A stretch of 57,323 bases of DNA, counting the filler, from Sphacelaria rigidula (taxonomy: Eukaryota): assembly GCA_964200075.2 (NCBI GenBank). It is 3 parts of 3 records of this genome, joined end to end, with 100 filler letters (N's around TTAATTAATTAA, not from the genome) between each part and the next. Parts side by side here need not be neighbours in the genome. Positions count along the whole stretch, not along the records: positions 38,292 to 57,323 come from CAXNAA020000744.1; 2 more parts are not named here. One strand, given 5' to 3'. Positions 51,901 through 57,323 of the stretch are shown here, piece after piece (positions within the stretch are counted from its first letter, which is position 1; every line of letters begins with the position of its first letter). Both the position numbers and the translations under genes were made by a program. A model generated the notes under the pieces. That model saw only the letters and a program-made list of their open reading frames with translations, ran no database searches and was not told the origin of the DNA.

Positions 51901-54900
51901 TTGCAGACGCCCAATATTATGATATCACCCAGAAGAACGGATATGCCAGCCACACCACAAGCGATATACGGTGCAGTGCAGTAGGCGTGACTGTGTTTTG
52001 GTGGAGCCCATTCGCAGACGAGTATAAAAGAAAGTTTCGTTTCGTCGTTGAACAGTTGTGCAACATCCCAAAGAAACATCCCGGGGAAAGCGAAGAGAAA
52101 AAATGCAAAAATACAAGAGATCGACAAAAACAGCACATTTTTCGTGATCGAAAACAGTCATAAACTGGTAATGCTCTAGAGTAGAGTCCGACAACATTTG
52201 GCAGGGATGACAGATACACTCATGGTCTCAGCAAGCCACAGTGCACGACCCACCTTCCCTTTGAAGAGAAGATAGAGCACCAAACCCACCATCGTACCTT
52301 CGTCTGTGAAACGCCAACGCCGTTATCTTGGCACGATGTTTGGACAGTCCTTTCCTCGAGGCGGTAAGTACTCCGTCGCAGACGTATACCCCACCGTTCT
52401 CGGTTCCTATAGCTATAATCGAGAGATTCGCGGCGTCACACCCGCTAGTGTCGGCGCCGTTATCCCATCCACCTGCTTTGTCGCCACCACCGTCAGCATC
52501 GTACACCGCGCTGCAAGTGACGGGCGACGGCAACACCCACTCCGCGGACGGCACGCTGGTGATGTCCACAATGGGCTTCACGGGGACATCGCCACAATAG
52601 ACACCGTCGGCGGAAACATTCCCACCGGTGGTCGCTGCCGCTCCCTCTACATTATTTCCCCCTGCCACATCTGATACGTCCGCCGAGTCGCCCGTCATGA
52701 GTGCTTTTCCCTGAGTCCAAGGCATGATATCCCCAAGCCTGTACAACTTCCAAACATTAGACCTGAATCGCCAAACAGCGAGTCCCCCTGTTCCTCCTCC
52801 AGCGTTTGGGCCACCGTCTTTACTCCTGTTCGTGTCGATCCTCTGTGCGCTGGTCAGTATGGTCGCGCGAGCCAGGTGATACGCTACCATTGTTTTGTCG
52901 GGCTTCCTAGGCCTTACGCTGATGCGCGTATCATTAGATCCAATATCGACCTCCGTGGATTCTTGCTCTTCGATCTCTTCTATCTCCCCCGCATCGACCT
53001 TACGTCGATACGCTGCGAAGTTCTTCTGGTACTCTCGTTCCGCCGGGGACAACAAGTGTGGAATGAGCAGTTCCGGGCGCCCCAGTTGCACTACCGCCGC
53101 CGCCGCCGTCGCCGCCGCTGCTGCTGCTGCTGCCGGACTGTCATTACTATGGTCGGTTGTTCCAGTAGACCCCGGTTCGCTGAGGTCCGCGTCCTTTTGA
53201 TCAACAGATTGACTCTCTGAAGCATCGCCGTTTACAACGCCGGCACTCCGCTCAGGCCGCTTCCCCTTCCCGGAGTAGGGTTCTACGGTTTGCTCGTGTG
53301 CTATGGGCGGTAGTATCCATGTCGTCACAGAGCCCCCGGAGTGTGCAATCGCCAAACGCCGCCCATTACCAGAGAGTGATAATTCAGTTGCCGTCTCTCC
53401 TTTTGGCAGCTCGACGTAGCAGACAGAACGCAACAACGCCCTCGGCGTCAATTTATGCCTATCTGGCAGATAGTTGTCGCCGCTGCTACCGCCGCTACCG
53501 CCTCTACCCGTGCCGGCTGAAGCTAAACACACCTCCAGAACCCAAACCTTGTTAGAAGGAGTCGGAATAACCTCGTAACCATCCTCTGCTTCTACTCCTG
53601 CGTCGCCTTCAGTATCCCCTGGATCGCTCTTTGATGGTATATCGTCAACGCTAGTGCGAGCTGTGTGTCCTTCTGGCAAAGGAATTGACTCCGTCGTAGC
53701 CGCGGCTATCCGGATGTAACCGGGATGTACCGATCGACCTATGTTTACTCGTGACCGGCGACGGGAGGAAATACGTTGCCTGCAGCTGAAATAAGAATGG
53801 GACGGGGCAGCTGTTCAAAACAAAAATAAGTTCAAGTAAGCACACCGTTTGACCCATACCCCATTAACGAGGAGATGCTGTACTTGCGCATGTCGATGGA
53901 TTCAGCCTCATGAGAGGGCGGTGCCCTTGTTCTGCTTCAGTATTGGTTGCGCTGAACAATAATATTTTGCAAGGGACGACCCACGTCTTCTTTGTTCAAC
54001 AGGGAGTACCAGGTCGACAAATGGTCGGCAAAAGGGAAACGTTGACAAAAAGTGAATGATGAGTCCTTCTTTGTCACGCCCGGCGAACATCGACGAGCCT
54101 TGGTCGCACGCACAATCTGTACCCGACTACTAAAATTCACCTGCAATAATTTTGACCGCGCGAGATAGACATGAGACTGCCTGGCTTGATTTGTTCACAG
54201 GAAGTTTGACAAATCCCAGGATATCCTCCAGCCCGCAGGTATGTCGGAGGCTGACGGATCCATCGCAAGATCCAGTGAAAAGAAACTGAGGAAGCGAAGT
54301 GCCGATGTGGATAAGTGGGCGCACAGTAGTTAAATAACCATTTAGCAACCGCAGTTCCTGGCAAATGTTTCAGCATGTTCTATCTTGGTCGGGAAGTGTG
54401 TTTCACGGCATTGATTGATTGATCGATTGTCGCACTTTAACTGATCCCCCCGGGGTCCAGCCGTGGTCTCAGGATGAAAGTACCCAACAAAAACGAACCC
54501 GAAACACGCTCTGAAGAAAAGAAGGAACAGGAGGGGAAAAAATAAAGTCAACACAAGCAAATCACAGAAAGAAGTGGCGGATCTGAAATGAAAAAAAGGA
54601 AAAAGAAGAGGAGAGTCAAGAGCAAAAAAAATGAAATACAATAAAATGGTAAAAAAAAGGAGAAGGCCCAAGGGGTTCAGGGCAGCAGAGTAGATACAGA
54701 TACACACCAGTGGGCACAGCAGAGCCACCGACTAAGCCAAGCAAAAATGAAACCTTGTTTCAAAAGCTTGGTATGCTTAAGAGGACTGTGACCCCATAAG
54801 TCTGGGAAGATGTGTGTACGTGCGTAAAGGTGCGGTGAGGAGGACTCCGATGTCCTGGTCGTTAGCTTCCCCTGATAAATTCTTCCCTTTGAGTGTGCTG

Positions 54901-57171
54901 ATGCCAATTTTTATTGTACATCAATGCACGGTTACTCGGGCTGCGGTTACTGAAGGGTTAACGTTTGGGAGTTCCACTTCACCGAAACGTTTCCGTAAAC
55001 GATTTACCATCTTAACACGAACCTCCGAGAATCGGGGGCGCATTGGTAGAAGCAGCGGATTCTTCAGACGGTACATTCCCTGATTTGGTGTTTTCCGGGC
55101 ACTGCGGAGTAGAACCTCGTTTTCGAGGGGATGCTATCGGACGCGTTTCGTCCAAAGCCACGTTTTGTTGCTGTAGCGCAATGAATAGCCAGAAATTCAA
55201 AACTGAGCCGCACAATTGTTAACCAAAACAATCAAGATGGGTCTGATGGAGTGAATATATCGAAGCGCTAGAACCTGGTACTATGTACTCGTAGGACTTC
55301 CGACAACCGGTTAGCCTATAAGTTGTTCGAAATTGTCGTTGGAGCGATTTCATTACCGGGATTTGCACCGGGTACGAGTACCTCTCGATTCCCAACATTC
55401 GTGTTCGGAGGGTTACAGCGACGGTTCTTGGTATAACCTCAAAACCTCAAAACATACTTTCAATTAAAAATATGTTGAGATCTTGGCCATTTTATCGTGT
55501 CGAGAAGTTACCGAAATACAATTGTCCATGATGGACTGGCAAGTGTTGCAATTGAGGAGACGAGGTGACTGATCACCCTGGAACATGGGGCTCTGATCGA
55601 CTTTATGCTGACATGGTTACGCAGATGCATTGGCATCAAACCCGAATGTTGGTATGAATATAGTTGGCCTAACGGAAATGTTCCCCGCTACTGCTGAAGC
55701 GTGGTGGTCGCAGACCACATTGTCAAGGCAAGCACTCTCAGTAGCACCCCATTCAACCAGCTCAGACTCCAGACTTCCGCATCTGCGCTCGCGGGTACTG
55801 TGGACAGCTTTATCCTACAGCAGCGGAAACCTAGGCACAACCTAGACAGTTTTCTTAGTACTCGGCTGCATTCTGGTAAATTCGGAGACTGAAGGCTTAA
55901 CGACCCCAACCATGTCATGCTTTTGTACTCCCAGTTCATACGACCACACCTCGCCAGCGTCGTCCCATTGCACGGCAGTTATAATACTACCCTTGATGCG
56001 TGCATCGCGTGCTATTTTCCCAGGCAGACAGGTCCCCTTGTTGTTAGATCCCACACTGTTGGCAGTAGCATAATCTTCGACGGATTCTTGGAAAGCACCG
56101 GGAATACTGTCGTCAAGATTGCCTTCCCCCCCTACATCTCCATCCCCATCTTCGTTTATGTTGGGCGTTTTGCAAGGTGGTCCTGAATCCGCGATTGGTG
56201 TATGCACCCATAGTCCAGGTAGGCACGACCGCTTTAGGTCGATGTCAATCGCCGCACGAGCCTCGTCCGACGGGCTGGTGTCGAGTTCGGGATGATCGGC
56301 TACGATTTGGGCCCAAGCGCGATCGAAGATCTGTCGGCGTCATACAGCAGGTGACCAACATGACGGGTTTACTAATGAGCGAGTTGTCTACGATCATGAG
56401 CGGGCTGCGACTCCTGCGGTCTTCGACTGCCGTGCAACCTCCACCTGGATTACGGACATCCACCCGGGATATCTATCTGGGATATCAGGTCGATCTGCGA
56501 GTCTACCTGGGATATGGATAATTGAGATGGATCTGATATCTCGGATGGATACCCACATGAATATCCATATCCCAGATGGAAATTCCAGCTGAATATTGAT
56601 GTCCAAGATGGGTATTCCAACCGGCTATCATAATCGAGACGGATATTATACTCCAGACGGATGTCATATTCCAGACGGAGGTTGGACGACAACGCAAGGC
56701 CCCTGCAACGCCGCGGTCGAAACTCAATGCCCGTATGTATCCCCTGCGGCCTTCGCCATGAAAGTCCGCAGAAGTATGGGAAACCGCTGGGCAATGGGCG
56801 CTTAAGAGGGGCGAATTGTTGAGCATGGCGACCTGTGCCTGACACGGGAGAAGCTATCAAGGCGTCTTCATTTTATGGGTTTTGGAGTTGCTTGATTTTT
56901 TATTTCTAAACGCTGTTAATGAGACACCCGCGTCACGACGGTCAAACGCCGGTCAAAATCCAAGCTCCTTAACCAGTATGTTACGAGATAGTTGGGGTGA
57001 AAAGAAGCGCGCACAGTTTGCGCAGACATTCCGCAGTGAACCCGGCCCGAATATTCCTTGCCTCGGTCTCCAGTAAGTGAACAATTAACCGATAGGGCTG
57101 CGGGAGCTGATCGATGAAACACCTGTCTGGATCTGCAAAATCTTCCGGCTGGGTCACGTCCAAAGCACGCA
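48941..57171 (-). CDS. WDR93: WD40-repeat protein, WDR93 (CFAP297)-like; start codon not resolved
   Basis: Exons: 57171-57062 (DPDRCFIDQLPQPYRLIVHLLE, resembling the recalled WDR93 N-terminal LPQPYR motif); candidate ~55080-54940; then a phase-consistent chain 54285-54141 (FLFTGSCDGSV), 53738-52298 (GLAVWRFRSNVWKLY..WVLPSPVT..IAIGTENGGVYVCD..HRAKITALAF), 51673-51481 (FLVSGSEDEMIHIHD), 50947-50735, 50066-49884, 49582-48941 (stop). The WD40 nature is clear; the WDR93 orthology is recalled, not searched. Confidence 0.75.
50240..50482. repeat. Diverged tandem duplication, ~121-bp unit x2, intronic
   Basis: GAGAGGGCTAGG..CCACACATCT and AAGGCGAAACGACGCAC..AGTAGGTAGCTGATTCATCC each occur twice. Confidence 0.85.
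50487..50618. mobile_element. Short MITE-like element with degenerate CCCTAA hexamers
   Basis: ATGGCTGTGGACATCC ... GGATATCCATATCCAT inverted ends; internal CCTTATCTCTTACCCTCATCCTAGCCTTAACCCTAATCCTCA. Confidence 0.5.
54410..54690 (-). mobile_element. Non-LTR retroelement 3' end with (CAAT)n tail, intronic
   Basis: TTGATTGATTGATCGATTGTCGCACTTTAACTGATCCCCCCGGGGTCCAGCCGTGGTC plus an A-rich tract; homologous to the 16855 copy. Confidence 0.78.
56445..56685. repeat. GGATAT/ATATCC-rich repeat block with 18-bp tandem units, probably a MITE remnant
   Basis: Repeated GGATATC/GGATAT motifs and CCAGACGGAT units at 18-bp spacing. Confidence 0.6.
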
Positions 57172-57323
57172 CTAGTCTCGACCAATCGATCCGTCGTCTT
57201 CATTGAGCATCGCCAGGGGTGTCGAGTACGTACGGATGTTGGCGTGATCAAACGAATAACCCAGATTTCGCCAAGGGGGGGAGGGGGGAGGGGGGCGGGT
57301 GGGGGGGCATTCCCAGGAGAACG

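Noticed and set aside
1..57323. Cluster of three putative ciliary/centriolar genes
   Set aside because: The LRR gene is on a different contig joined by artificial linkers; only the coiled-coil and WD40 genes are true neighbours.

Overview
Eukaryotic, intron- and transposon-rich DNA, most likely from a brown alga (Phaeophyceae, kelp-like; inferred from gene style and recalled repeat families). The window is not one locus. It is three unrelated ~19-kb contigs (1-19055, 19156-38191, 38292-57323) joined by artificial 100-bp N44-TTAATTAATTAA-N44 linkers. Contig 1 holds a large multi-exon minus-strand gene (LRR/LRRcap plus C-terminal coiled coil), a possible small divergent gene, a hAT-type MITE and a perfect 90-bp palindrome. 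Contig 2 is mostly transposon debris: two decayed RTE-type LINEs, a decayed LTR-like element, a tRNA-headed SINE, piggyBac-like and Stowaway-like MITEs, and four copies of a TG..CA MITE carrying telomere-like TTAGGG repeats. Contig 3 holds a plus-strand 10-exon coiled-coil gene and a convergent WDR93-like WD40 gene, with a composite hAT-type element carrying passenger DNA in an intron. No CRISPR array, rRNA, intact tRNA or intact transposase is evident. The most notable signals are the telomeric-repeat-bearing MITE family and the composite hAT element. All calls come from reading the sequence by eye; no searches were run.
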